A DNA stretch of 64,000 nucleotides. It comes from Lysobacter sp. GTDB lineage: Bacteria > Pseudomonadota > Gammaproteobacteria > Xanthomonadales > Xanthomonadaceae. A model generated the notes under the pieces. That model was not told where the DNA came from. It saw nothing but the letters and a program-made list of their open reading frames with translations, and searched no databases. Of this stretch, positions 8,867-17,867 are shown piece by piece (the first letter of the stretch is position 1; each line of letters starts with the position of its first letter). The position numbers and the translations under genes were made by a program. Location: positions 94,509 to 158,508 of the forward strand of contig JBIQLI010000001.1 in assembly GCA_044464395.1 (NCBI GenBank), written 5' to 3'.

Positions 8867-11044
8867 ATGAGTACAGTGCGCCTCGAGGCGGTGGGCCGGA
8901 GGAACGTCGACATGGAGCAGCAGGGCGCCGCGGAACGCGAGATCCCGATGCAGCCCGCCTCGCTGGACATCTGGGACAAGAAGTACCGGCTCAAGACCAA
9001 GGCCGGCGAAGCCGTGGACGCCGACATCGACGGCACCTACCAGCGCGTGGCCCGCGCCCTGGCCGAAGCCGAGCCCGGCAGCGAGAAGCAGCAGTACTGG
9101 TACGAGCGCTTCCTGTGGGCGCTGCGCCGCGGGGCGATTCCCGCCGGCCGCATCACCTCCAATGCCGGCGCGCTGGAGCACAAGCCGGCCACCTCGACCA
9201 TCAACTGCACCGTGTCCGGGACCATCTCCGACTCGATGGACGGGATCCTGCAGAAGGTCCACGAGGCCGGCCTGACCCTCAAGGCGGGCTGCGGCATCGG
9301 CTACGAGTTCAGCACCCTGCGCCCGCGCGGCGCGTTCGTCGCCGGCGCCGGCGCGTACACCTCCGGGCCGATGTCCTTCATGGACATCTTCGACAAGATG
9401 TGCTTCACCGTCTCGTCCGCCGGCGGCCGCCGCGGCGCGCAGATGGGCACCTTCGACGTGTCCCACCCGGACGTGCGCGACTTCATCCGCGCCAAGCGCG
9501 AGGACGGGCGCCTGCGCCAGTTCAACCTGTCGCTGCTGATCACCGACGGCTTCATGGAAGCGGTGGAGCAGGACGCCGAGTGGCCGCTGGTGTTCCCGAT
9601 CAGCAGCAAGGAAGCCGGCGACGTCGACCTCCAGGACGCCGGCAAGGTGGTCTGGCGCGAATGGCCGACCCACGAGGGCTACATCACCCGCGACGACGGC
9701 CTCGTCGCCTGCAAGGTCTACGGCAAGGTCAAGGCCCAGCACCTGTGGGACATGATCATGGTCTCGACCTACGACTACGCCGAGCCGGGCTTCATCCTGA
9801 TCGACCGGGTCAACGAGATGAACAACAACTGGTGGTGCGAGAACATCCGCGCCACCAACCCCTGCGGCGAGCAGCCGCTGCCGGCCTACGGCGCCTGCCT
9901 GCTGGGCTCGGTCAACCTGACCAAGTTCGTGCGCCACCCGTTCACCGACCAGGCCGAGTTCGACTGGGACGAATACCGGGAAGTGGTGCGCGTGTTCACC
10001 CGCATGCTCGACAACGTGGTCGAGGTCAACGGCCTGCCGCTGCAGCAGCAGCGCGACGAGATCATGCGCAAGCGCCGCCACGGCATGGGCTTCCTCGGCC
10101 TGGGCTCGACGGTGACCATGCTGAAGATGAAGTACGGCTCGCCGGAGTCGTGCGCGTTCACCGAGCAGGTCGCCCGCGAGATGGCGGTGGCCGGCTGGGA
10201 GACCGGCCTGGCGCTGGCCGAGGAGAAGGGCCCGGCGCCGATCATGGACGAGCAGTTCGAGGTCACCGCCGAGATGCTGCGCAAGCGCCCGGAGATGAAG
10301 CGCGACGGCTGGAAGCCTGGGCAGAAGGTCCCGGGCAAGGTCCTGCACGCCCGCTACAGCCGCTACATGCAGAAGGTGGCCGAGGTGGCGCCGGAGCTGG
10401 TGGCGAAGCTCGCCGAGACCGGCGCCCGCTTCACCCACCACAGCTCGATCGCCCCGACCGGGACGATCTCCCTGTCGCTGGCCAACAACGCCTCCAACGG
10501 CATCGAGCCCTCGTTCGCCCACCACTACAGCCGCAACGTGATCCGCGAGGGCAAGAAGACCAAGGAGAAGGTGGACGTCTACAGCTACGAGCTGCTGGCC
10601 TACCGCGAGCTGGTCAACCCGAAGGCGATGCCCTTCGCCGAGGACGCGGCCGCCCGGCTGCCGGACTACTTCGTCTCGGCCGACGACATCTCCCCGAAGG
10701 AGCACGTGGACGTCCAGGCGGCGGCCCAGAAGTGGGTCGATTCCTCGATCTCCAAGACCGCCAACGTCCCCACCGACTACCCCTACGAGGACTTCAAGGA
10801 CATCTACCGCTACGCCTACCAGCAGGGCCTGAAGGGCTGCACCACCTTCCGCTTCAACCCGGCCGCCTTCCAGGGGGTCCTGGTCAAGGAGCAGGACCTG
10901 GAGAACACCCTGTACCGGTTCGAGCTGGAGGACGGCAGCGTGGTCGAGGTCAAGGGCAACGAGCAGATCGAGTACGACGGGGAGATGCACACCGCCGCCA
11001 ACCTGTTCGACGCCCTCAAGGAGGGGTATTACGGGAAGTTCTGA
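8867..11044 (+). CDS. nrdJ: Class II (adenosylcobalamin-dependent) ribonucleotide reductase, large N-terminal part (NrdJa-type)
   Basis: 725 aa. Active-site motif ATNPCGEQPLPAYGACLLGS, plus SSIAPTGTISL and ISKTANVP. Confidence 0.9.
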   Translation: MSTVRLEAVGRRNVDMEQQGAAEREIPMQPASLDIWDKKYRLKTKAGEAVDADIDGTYQRVARALAEAEPGSEKQQYWYERFLWALRRGAIPAGRITSNAGALEHKPATSTINCTVSGTISDSMDGILQKVHEAGLTLKAGCGIGYEFSTLRPRGAFVAGAGAYTSGPMSFMDIFDKMCFTVSSAGGRRGAQMGTFDVSHPDVRDFIRAKREDGRLRQFNLSLLITDGFMEAVEQDAEWPLVFPISSKEAGDVDLQDAGKVVWREWPTHEGYITRDDGLVACKVYGKVKAQHLWDMIMVSTYDYAEPGFILIDRVNEMNNNWWCENIRATNPCGEQPLPAYGACLLGSVNLTKFVRHPFTDQAEFDWDEYREVVRVFTRMLDNVVEVNGLPLQQQRDEIMRKRRHGMGFLGLGSTVTMLKMKYGSPESCAFTEQVAREMAVAGWETGLALAEEKGPAPIMDEQFEVTAEMLRKRPEMKRDGWKPGQKVPGKVLHARYSRYMQKVAEVAPELVAKLAETGARFTHHSSIAPTGTISLSLANNASNGIEPSFAHHYSRNVIREGKKTKEKVDVYSYELLAYRELVNPKAMPFAEDAAARLPDYFVSADDISPKEHVDVQAAAQKWVDSSISKTANVPTDYPYEDFKDIYRYAYQQGLKGCTTFRFNPAAFQGVLVKEQDLENTLYRFELEDGSVVEVKGNEQIEYDGEMHTAANLFDALKEGYYGKF

Positions 11045-11104
11045 ACCGCGCTAAATTCGCCTCGCGGGCGCCCCGCCCGCGGAGACACTGACGAGGATCC
11101 ACCC

Positions 11105-11599
11105 ATGAGCAACGGCAACGGGGTCGCGACGACCCTGACCAGCGCCGCCGAGACGGTCGCCGAAACGGCGAAGTCGATCGGCAGCACGGTCGCGAAGAAG
11201 GCCGGCAACGCGGTGAAGTCGGCGAAGAAGTCGGTCAAGAAGGCGAAGAAGACGCTGGCCCGCGCCAGCGCCAACGCGAAGAAGGAAGCGGCGGCGCTGA
11301 AGGGCCGCAAGGCCGGCAAGAAGGCCGCCCCGAAAAAGGCCGCGAAGAAGGCTGCAAAGAAGGGTGCGGCAAAGAAGGCCGCGAAGAAGTCGTCGACCCG
11401 CAAGGCCACCGCGAAGAAGGCGACGGCGCGCAAGTCGACGGCGAAGAAGGCGACGGCGCGCAAGGCCGGCGCCCGCAAGACAACCGCGAAGAAGGCGACC
11501 GCCCGCAAGGCCGCCCCGAAGAAGGCCGCGCGCAAGACCGCCCGCAAGGCGGCGCCGCGCAAGGCCGCGAAGAAGGCCTCGCCGAGGGCCCGCGCGTAA
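11105..11599 (+). CDS. Lys/Ala-rich histone H1-like / AlgP-like basic protein
   Basis: 164 aa with repeated KKAAKKAA and ARK(A/S)TAKKAT units. Codon usage fits the genome (AAG, GCC/GCG). Low-complexity sequence, so coding status is moderately supported. Confidence 0.55.
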   Translation: MSNGNGVATTLTSAAETVAETAKSIGSTVAKKAGNAVKSAKKSVKKAKKTLARASANAKKEAAALKGRKAGKKAAPKKAAKKAAKKGAAKKAAKKSSTRKATAKKATARKSTAKKATARKAGARKTTAKKATARKAAPKKAARKTARKAAPRKAAKKASPRARA

Positions 11600-11673
11600 C
11601 CGCGGCGCAAGCCGCAAAGCTGCCCCTCCCGCGAGGGAGGGGCTTTTCGACACAGCGACAGGAACCACCCCCA

Positions 11674-12471
11674 ATGGCCGTCAGGATCGACAAGAAAATC
11701 AAGGGCTACGCCGTCGTCACCCCCGAGGACAAGGCGAAGCCGGCCGCGACCCAGGCCGATTCCGTGCCGCGCGCCGACGCCGGGGCCGAGCTGCCCAGCG
11801 CCGACGTCATCCAGATGCACGAGCGCATCGAGCGCCCGGAGGTGCTGGTCGGCAGCACCTACAAGATCAAGTCGCCGCTGGTGGAGCACGCCATGTACGT
11901 GACCATCAACGACATCGTGCTCAACCAGGGCAGCGAGCACGAGCAGCGCCGCCCGTTCGAGATCTTCATCAACTCCAAGTCGATGGAGCATTTCCAGTGG
12001 ATCGTCGCGCTCACCCGGATCATGTCCGCGGTGTTCCGCAAGGGCGGAGACGTGACCTTCCTGGTGGAAGAGATGAAGGCCGTGTTCGACCCCAAGGGCG
12101 GCTACTTCAAGGCCGGCGGCGTGTACATGCCGTCGCTGGTGGCCGAACTGGGCAGCATCGTCGAGGACCACCTGAAGTCCATCGGCATGATCCACGACCC
12201 GGAAATGAGCCCCGAGCGCCGCGCGCTGATCGCCGAAAAGCGCGCCGCCTTCGAGTCCCGCTCAAAAAAAAAGCGTGAGCCCGCCAGCCCCGTAGAGCCG
12301 ACCCATGGTCGGCTCGGCCAGGATCGCGACACCGAATCGGTCGCCGTCACCGGCGAAGGCGCCAGCTTCCCGCCCTCCGCCACCATGTGCCACAAGTGCA
12401 GCACCAAGGCCGTCGTGATCATGGACGGCTGCGCGACCTGCCTGAATTGCGGCTATTCCAAGTGCGGGTGA
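11674..12471 (+). CDS. nrdJ: Class II ribonucleotide reductase C-terminal part (NrdJb-type, Cys-rich tail)
   Basis: 265 aa. Core region YKIKSPLVEHAMYVTINDIV…PFEIFINSKSMEHFQWIVALTRIMSAVFR, and terminal motif CHKCSTKAVVIMDGCATCLNCGYSKCG. The split organisation is as described for Pseudomonas aeruginosa nrdJab. Confidence 0.8.
   Translation: MAVRIDKKIKGYAVVTPEDKAKPAATQADSVPRADAGAELPSADVIQMHERIERPEVLVGSTYKIKSPLVEHAMYVTINDIVLNQGSEHEQRRPFEIFINSKSMEHFQWIVALTRIMSAVFRKGGDVTFLVEEMKAVFDPKGGYFKAGGVYMPSLVAELGSIVEDHLKSIGMIHDPEMSPERRALIAEKRAAFESRSKKKREPASPVEPTHGRLGQDRDTESVAVTGEGASFPPSATMCHKCSTKAVVIMDGCATCLNCGYSKCG
12292..12315 (+). repeat. REP-like element embedded in frame inside the nrdJb CDS
   Basis: GTAGAGCCGACCCATGGTCGGCTC translates as VEPTHGRL (residues 207-214) in the linker before the Cys-rich tail. 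Confidence 0.85.
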
Positions 12472-12537
12472 CGCGGCGGGATTGACGCGGCGCGGCCCCC
12501 GCGCGACGCTGGCCTGCCCCAGGCCAAGGAGCGCCCG

Positions 12538-12744
12538 ATGACCAACCATGTCTACAAGTCCCTGGAACTGACCGGCTCGTCCACGACCGGCAGCGACGAC
12601 GCGATCCGCGTCGCGATCGCCAAGGCGTCCGAGAGCGTCCGCGACATCCGCTGGTTCGAGGTGCTGGATACCCGCGGTCACGTCGAGGGCGGCCAGGTGA
12701 AGTACTGGCAGGTGACGGTGAAGGTCGGGTTTACCGTCGACTGA
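12538..12744 (+). CDS. Dodecin family flavin-binding protein
   Basis: 68 aa: [68 protein letters not shown]. This is the typical bacterial dodecin pattern. Confidence 0.85.
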   Translation: MTNHVYKSLELTGSSTTGSDDAIRVAIAKASESVRDIRWFEVLDTRGHVEGGQVKYWQVTVKVGFTVD

Positions 12745-12751
12745 TCCTCGA

Positions 12752-12774
12752 AGCCGACCATGGGTCGGCTCTGC
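12752..12774. repeat. REP-like element (inverted orientation) between convergent dodecin and gtrA-like genes
   Basis: AGCCGACCATGGGTCGGCTCTGC. Confidence 0.8.
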
Positions 12775-12783
12775 GGTGCGGCG

Positions 12784-13167
12784 CTATTTTCGGTAGACCC
12801 AGTGCCGGGAGAGGAAGAAGCCGACCACGCCGAGCGCGAGCTCGACGCCGGGCTTGGCCAGCCACGCCCACTTGAGCCCCGCGTAGTCGTCGATCACGCC
12901 CATCGACCAGGTGCTGACCGCGGTGGTGCCCAGCCACATCAGGATGAAGCGGGTGAGCTGGGTCGGGCCGATCGCGGTATCGTCGCCGGCGAAGGTCAGC
13001 TTGCCGTTGAGCCAGTAGCCCAGCAGGGCGCCGGCGACGCGGCCGGCGACGTTGGCCAGTTCGATCAGCACGCCGAAGTGGCTGAGCGCGACCATCACGC
13101 CCCAGTCCACCAACCATTGCACGCCGCCGATCAGCAGGTAATGGCGGGCATGGCGGCCAAGGCTCAT
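12784..13167 (-). CDS. GtrA family membrane protein
   Basis: 127 aa with 4 TM segments. N-terminus …[20 protein letters not shown] and motif [10 protein letters not shown] are typical of GtrA-like proteins. Confidence 0.75.
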   Translation of the reverse strand: MSLGRHARHYLLIGGVQWLVDWGVMVALSHFGVLIELANVAGRVAGALLGYWLNGKLTFAGDDTAIGPTQLTRFILMWLGTTAVSTWSMGVIDDYAGLKWAWLAKPGVELALGVVGFFLSRHWVYRK

Positions 13168-13250
13168 CGGGTCCGGCGGGCGTGGGGCATCGGCGCATCC
13201 TAGCAGCGCGGCCCGCTAGAATCGCGACATCCCTTGCACCTGGACGCCCC

Positions 13251-14615
13251 ATGCCCGCAGCCCTGCACGTCGTGATCCTTGCCGCCGGAGAAGGCAAGCG
13301 GATGAAATCCGCCCTGCCCAAGGTCCTGCTGCCGGTGGCGGCGCGGCCGATGCTGGCGCACGTCATCGACACCGCGCGCGCGCTGCAACCAGCGGGCATC
13401 CACGTGGTCTACGGCAACCGCGGCGACCAGGTGCGCGCCGCCTTCGCCGGCCAGCCGGACCTGGCCTGGGCCGAGCAGGCGCAACAGCTCGGCACCGGCC
13501 ACGCGGTGCAGCAGGCGCTGCCCGCGATTCCCGACGACGCGCGGGTACTGGTGCTGTACGGCGACGTCCCGCTGATCACGGCCGGCACATTGCGCCGCCT
13601 GCTTGCCGAGCAGGGCGCGCTGGCCGTACTGGCGGCGGACCTGGCCGACCCGACCGGCTACGGCCGCATCGTCCGCGACGCCAGCGGACACGTCGCGCGC
13701 ATCGTCGAGCACAAGGATGCCGACGCCGAACAGCGCCGCATCGGCCTGGTCAACACCGGGGTGATCGCCTGCGACGCCGGCAGGTTGCGCACCTGGCTGT
13801 CCGCGCTGCGCAACGACAACGCCCAGGGCGAGTACTACCTCACCGATGTCTTCGAACAGGCCGCGGCCGAATACTGCGCGGCCGAAGTGGTGGTCGTGGA
13901 CGATCCGGTCGAGACCGAGGGCGCCAACGATCCCTGGCAGCTCGCCCAACTGGAGCGCGCGTTCCAGCAGCGCCAGGTGCGCGCGCTGTGCGCGCAGGGC
14001 GTGCGCGTGGCCGATCCGGCGCGGCTGGACATCCGCGGCCGCGTCACCGCCGGCAGCGACGTGGAAATCGACGTGGATGTCGTGCTGGAAGGCGACGTCG
14101 TGCTCGGCGACGGCGTGAGCGTGGGCCCGTTCTGCCGCCTGCGCGACGTGCACCTTGCGGCGGGCACGATCGTCCGCGCGCATTGCGACCTGGAGGGCGC
14201 CCGCAGCGACGGGGCCGCCACCATCGGCCCGTTCGCGCGCCTGCGCCCGGGCACGGTGCTGGCCGACGGCGTGCACGTGGGCAACTTCGTCGAGACCAAG
14301 AACACCGCGATGGGCCCGGGCAGCAAGGCCAACCACCTGACCTACCTGGGCGACGCGAACATCGGTGGCAAGGTCAACATCGGCGCCGGCACCATCACCT
14401 GCAACTACGACGGCGTGCACAAGTCCACCACCACGATCGGCGACGGCGCGTTCATCGGCTCGAACAGCTCGTTGGTGGCGCCGGTGACCATCGGTCGCGA
14501 CGCGACCATCGGCGCAGGCTCCGTGATCACCCGCGACGCGCCCGATGCCAAGCTTACGGTCGGTCGCGCCAGGCAGGAAACCATCGACGGCTGGAAGCGT
14601 CCGCGCAAGGACTGA
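13251..14615 (+). CDS. glmU: Bifunctional UDP-N-acetylglucosamine diphosphorylase / glucosamine-1-phosphate N-acetyltransferase
   Basis: ATG 13251 ([26 protein letters not shown]…), with C-terminal left-handed beta-helix hexapeptide repeats. Confidence 0.92.
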   Translation: MPAALHVVILAAGEGKRMKSALPKVLLPVAARPMLAHVIDTARALQPAGIHVVYGNRGDQVRAAFAGQPDLAWAEQAQQLGTGHAVQQALPAIPDDARVLVLYGDVPLITAGTLRRLLAEQGALAVLAADLADPTGYGRIVRDASGHVARIVEHKDADAEQRRIGLVNTGVIACDAGRLRTWLSALRNDNAQGEYYLTDVFEQAAAEYCAAEVVVVDDPVETEGANDPWQLAQLERAFQQRQVRALCAQGVRVADPARLDIRGRVTAGSDVEIDVDVVLEGDVVLGDGVSVGPFCRLRDVHLAAGTIVRAHCDLEGARSDGAATIGPFARLRPGTVLADGVHVGNFVETKNTAMGPGSKANHLTYLGDANIGGKVNIGAGTITCNYDGVHKSTTTIGDGAFIGSNSSLVAPVTIGRDATIGAGSVITRDAPDAKLTVGRARQETIDGWKRPRKD

Positions 14616-14825
14616 AGCGCGCAACGGCACCGCACCCGGCCAGTGACCGGTATTCACCAAATCGTGTCAATGCTGCAGCCGCCGGCGGGCGCTGAATAGA
14701 CTTGCGCCCCTGCCGGGGCTGCGCGCTCCCGGGACCCGACATGCGATTTCGCGCCGGCATCGGAGCTGTCGCGGCGCATGTGTGGCGTCGGTATCGGCGC
14801 TGCAAACAAGAGCATGGAGAATGAC

Positions 14826-14993
14826 ATGAAGTCGAAGCTCATCGCCCTTGCTGCCCTGGGCTTGCTCGCCACGAGCAGTGTCGTGGCCGCGCGCATGGTC
14901 TGCGTCTCGGAGAACTGCACGTTCTACCCGGACGGCCATTACAGCTGCGGCAAGACCCATTGCACCTACTATCCGTCCACGGAGGCCAATTGA
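14826..14993 (+). CDS. Small secreted 4-Cys peptide, family 1, copy 1 (precursor 55 aa)
   Basis: GGAGA lies 5 nt upstream of the ATG. Sequence: MKSKLIALAALGLLATSSVVAA/RMVCVSENCTFYPDGHYSCGKTHCTYYPSTEAN. It has a Sec-type signal peptide and is paralogous to the next two ORFs. Confidence 0.6.
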   Translation: MKSKLIALAALGLLATSSVVAARMVCVSENCTFYPDGHYSCGKTHCTYYPSTEAN

Positions 14994-15160
14994 TGAAGAA
15001 GGCAATCCTGTCCCTGTTCGCCGCCAGCATCCTCGCCTCCGGCGCCGCGATGGCGATCAAGTGGGAGTGCACCGACTGCACCCTGTACCCCGACGGCCGC
15101 ATCGTCTGCAAGCACTGCGTCGGCACCGACGGTGCGACGACCTCCCGGGCGCCGAACTGA
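14993..15160 (+). CDS. Small secreted 4-Cys peptide, family 1, copy 2 (precursor 55 aa)
   Basis: GGAGG lies 7 nt upstream. The ATG overlaps the previous stop (TGATG). Sequence: MKKAILSLFAASILASGAAMA/IKWECTDCTLYPDGRIVCKHCVGTDGATTSRAPN. Confidence 0.65.
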   Translation: MKKAILSLFAASILASGAAMAIKWECTDCTLYPDGRIVCKHCVGTDGATTSRAPN

Positions 15161-15170
15161 GGAACACACG

Positions 15171-15332
15171 ATGAAGCACAAGATCGCAATCTGCATGATC
15201 GCGCTGGGCATGTTCGCCACCGGGTCCGCAATGGCCATGAAGTGGAACTGCAAGAACTGCACGCTCAATCCGGATGGCACCATCCACTGCGAAACCTGCA
15301 CGGGCAAGACCGGCGAGGTCGAGCGCAACTGA
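15171..15332 (+). CDS. Small secreted 4-Cys peptide, family 1, copy 3 (precursor 53 aa)
   Basis: GAGGA lies 7 nt upstream. Sequence: MKHKIAICMIALGMFATGSAMA/MKWNCKNCTLNPDGTIHCETCTGKTGEVERN. Confidence 0.65.
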   Translation: MKHKIAICMIALGMFATGSAMAMKWNCKNCTLNPDGTIHCETCTGKTGEVERN

Positions 15333-15345
15333 GCATCGCCCACCC

Positions 15346-15363
15346 GGGCCGGCGCGCCGGCCC
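15346..15363 (+). terminator. Perfect 18-nt GC palindrome (putative attenuating or stabilising hairpin) after the peptide genes
   Basis: GGGCCGGCGCGCCGGCCC, 14 nt after the copy-3 stop. There is no T-tract, so it is probably not a full terminator. Confidence 0.4.
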
Positions 15364-15407
15364 GCGTGGACCGGGAAACACCGCACCACTGGAAAGGAGA
15401 CCAGACG

Positions 15408-15881
15408 ATGCATCCGATGAAGGCCGTGCTGGGCGCGGCGCTGTTGTTGATCCCGTTGCTCGCACGCGCGGAAGTCGTCGAGGAGCAGGTCCACCTGCTT
15501 GCCCGCCAGTCGGCCGTCCTGTCCGACCACGGCATCCAGGTGCCCAAGGTGTACGTGCTGAGCGCCTCGGGCGAGGTCATCTTCGAAGGCAAGGCGTCGA
15601 AGTTCCAGGCCTATGAACCGATCCTGGAGGCGCTGCGTTCGGGCAAGACCAGCGGCCGCAAGGACGCGCACCTGCTGTCGCTGCTGGAGGACGCCGGATT
15701 CGAGCCGAGCGCCACGGGCGTGCCGGTGATGGTCTCGATCGAGATCGGGAAGAGCATCGGCGTGTGCCCGTCGTGCGATCCGTACTACCCGGACCTGGCC
15801 AGGTTCATCCGCGAACACGATCCGGACGCGCGCTGGCTGCGATTGGTGTTCGAAAAGAACGACTACAAACCCGAGGGCTGA
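15408..15881 (+). CDS. Secreted CPxC-motif protein of unrecognised family (paralog of 34969..35466)
   Basis: AAGGAGA lies 7 nt upstream. Signal peptide MHPMKAVLGAALLLIPLLARA/EVV. It shares PKVYVL and …VSIEIGKSIGVCPSCDPYYPDLARFIRE blocks with the lipoprotein at 34969..35466. Confidence 0.7.
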   Translation: MHPMKAVLGAALLLIPLLARAEVVEEQVHLLARQSAVLSDHGIQVPKVYVLSASGEVIFEGKASKFQAYEPILEALRSGKTSGRKDAHLLSLLEDAGFEPSATGVPVMVSIEIGKSIGVCPSCDPYYPDLARFIREHDPDARWLRLVFEKNDYKPEG

Positions 15882-15891
15882 CCGCCGGCGC

Positions 15892-17151
15892 ATGGCGATC
15901 CCCAAGCCGAACCGGAGTTTCGACCTCGACCCGCCCGCGGCGGGGCGCCGGCGTGCGCCGGCCTGGCGCCGCTGGTGGCCCGCATTGGCGGCGGCACCGC
16001 TGGCGCTGGTCCTGCTCGGCTGGGCGCTGCTGGGTGGCGCACGCGAGCCCGGCCCCGGCACGCGGCTGGCGGAAGTCATGCAGGGGGACCTGGTGCTGGG
16101 CATCGACGGCTACGGAAAGCTCGTCCCGGCCGACCTGGTGTCGATCGGCTCGCGCAGTGGCGGACGGATCGCGCGCATCGAGCGGCGCACAGGCAGCAGG
16201 GTCGGCAAGGGCGAGGTGATCGTCGCGCTGGAGAACGCCGAGCTGTTGCAGAAGCTTCGCGAGGCGGAAAAGTCGCTCGCCCAGGCCAAGGTCGACCTGA
16301 TGCGCAACCGCGCGGACATGACCGGGTCGCAACATCGCGCGCGTTCCCGCCTGGCCGACCTGCAGGGCGAACTGCGGGTCTCGCGGCTGGAGATCGAAGG
16401 CCTGCGCAAGTTGGCGGAAGCGCGCATCGTCACGCCCATCGAGCTCGAGAAGAGCATCGTCCACGGGCAGAGCCTGGAGCGGCAGATTGCAGATGCCGGC
16501 GACGAGTTGCGACGCCTGGAGGCCCTTGGGCTGGCGGCGACGGACGCGGACCGCGCGGTCATGGACGCCCTGTCCAAGGACGTGCAGCGCCTGCGCGAGG
16601 AAGTCGCCGACCTGGAAGTGCGGGCACCGCGCGACGCGACCATCTTCGACATGCCGGCCACCCTGACGGTCGGTAGCCAGGTCGAGCCCGGCGCCGTGGT
16701 GGCCACACTGGCAACAGGCGACGGGCTCGCGGTTGAGCTGTGGATCCCGGCCAGCCGTTCCGGCGAGGTCGCCCCGGGGCAGCCCGCGACCGTGGAGCTT
16801 GCCGGCAAGCAGTACGAGGCCACGGTCGCGCGGGTCGATCCGCAGGTCGTGCGCGGCGAGCTGAAGGTGCTGCTACCGGTCGAAGGGCTTGCGGCCGGCA
16901 GCGTCTTCGCAGGGCAACCGGTGACCGGCCGCATCATCACAGGCCGGCTGCACGACGCGATCTATGTCGCGCGCCCGGCCAATGCCACGCCGCATCACGC
17001 CGGCAGCGTGCTCGTCGCCACCGGTGACCCAGATGCGCCCGCGCGCCGCGAAGTCCTTTTCGGCGCCGCCGACGCCGAGCATGTCCAGCTCCTCGCCGGT
17101 GCGATTGCCGGCGAACGCATCTTCCTCGACGCCGCGGCGGCGGCGGACTAG
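15892..17151 (+). CDS. HlyD/MacA-family periplasmic adaptor (membrane fusion protein)
   Basis: N-terminal TM segment, lipoyl-like RIERRTGSRVGKGEVIVALEN, a long coiled coil, and a beta-barrel C-terminal part. Confidence 0.85.
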   Translation: MAIPKPNRSFDLDPPAAGRRRAPAWRRWWPALAAAPLALVLLGWALLGGAREPGPGTRLAEVMQGDLVLGIDGYGKLVPADLVSIGSRSGGRIARIERRTGSRVGKGEVIVALENAELLQKLREAEKSLAQAKVDLMRNRADMTGSQHRARSRLADLQGELRVSRLEIEGLRKLAEARIVTPIELEKSIVHGQSLERQIADAGDELRRLEALGLAATDADRAVMDALSKDVQRLREEVADLEVRAPRDATIFDMPATLTVGSQVEPGAVVATLATGDGLAVELWIPASRSGEVAPGQPATVELAGKQYEATVARVDPQVVRGELKVLLPVEGLAAGSVFAGQPVTGRIITGRLHDAIYVARPANATPHHAGSVLVATGDPDAPARREVLFGAADAEHVQLLAGAIAGERIFLDAAAAAD

Positions 17152-17162
17152 ACGTCCATTCC

Positions 17163-17858
<696 letters not shown>

Positions 17859-17867
17859 GGCACCGCC

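Noticed and set aside
6964-11091. 1375-aa plus-strand ORF overlapping the HtrA protease (antisense) and nrdJ (off-frame). Also the 8507..10990 minus-strand ORF.
   Set aside because: The sequence is low-complexity and Arg/Gly/Ala-rich. The real genes in this interval are well supported by catalytic motifs.
14790-14804. A sigma54-like GG-N10-GC (cGGtatcggcgcTGCa) upstream of the family-1 peptide genes.
   Set aside because: The register is correct but the -24 element lacks the TGGCAC context. The implied leader would be only about 10 nt. It is kept as a possibility only, not called as a feature.
14778-15170. The N-terminal extensions of the track ORFs 14778, 14960 and 15132 (71, 66 and 66 aa).
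   Set aside because: The extensions overlap the preceding gene or lack an SD. The internal ATGs with GGAG-type SDs give canonical signal peptides.
14826-15332. Interpreting the small Cys peptides as lanthipeptide, lasso or sactipeptide precursors, or as cytoplasmic zinc-ribbon proteins.
   Set aside because: They carry Sec-type signal peptides rather than RiPP leaders or double-glycine motifs. No LanBC/LanM, radical-SAM, YcaO or lasso cyclase gene is in the neighbourhood.
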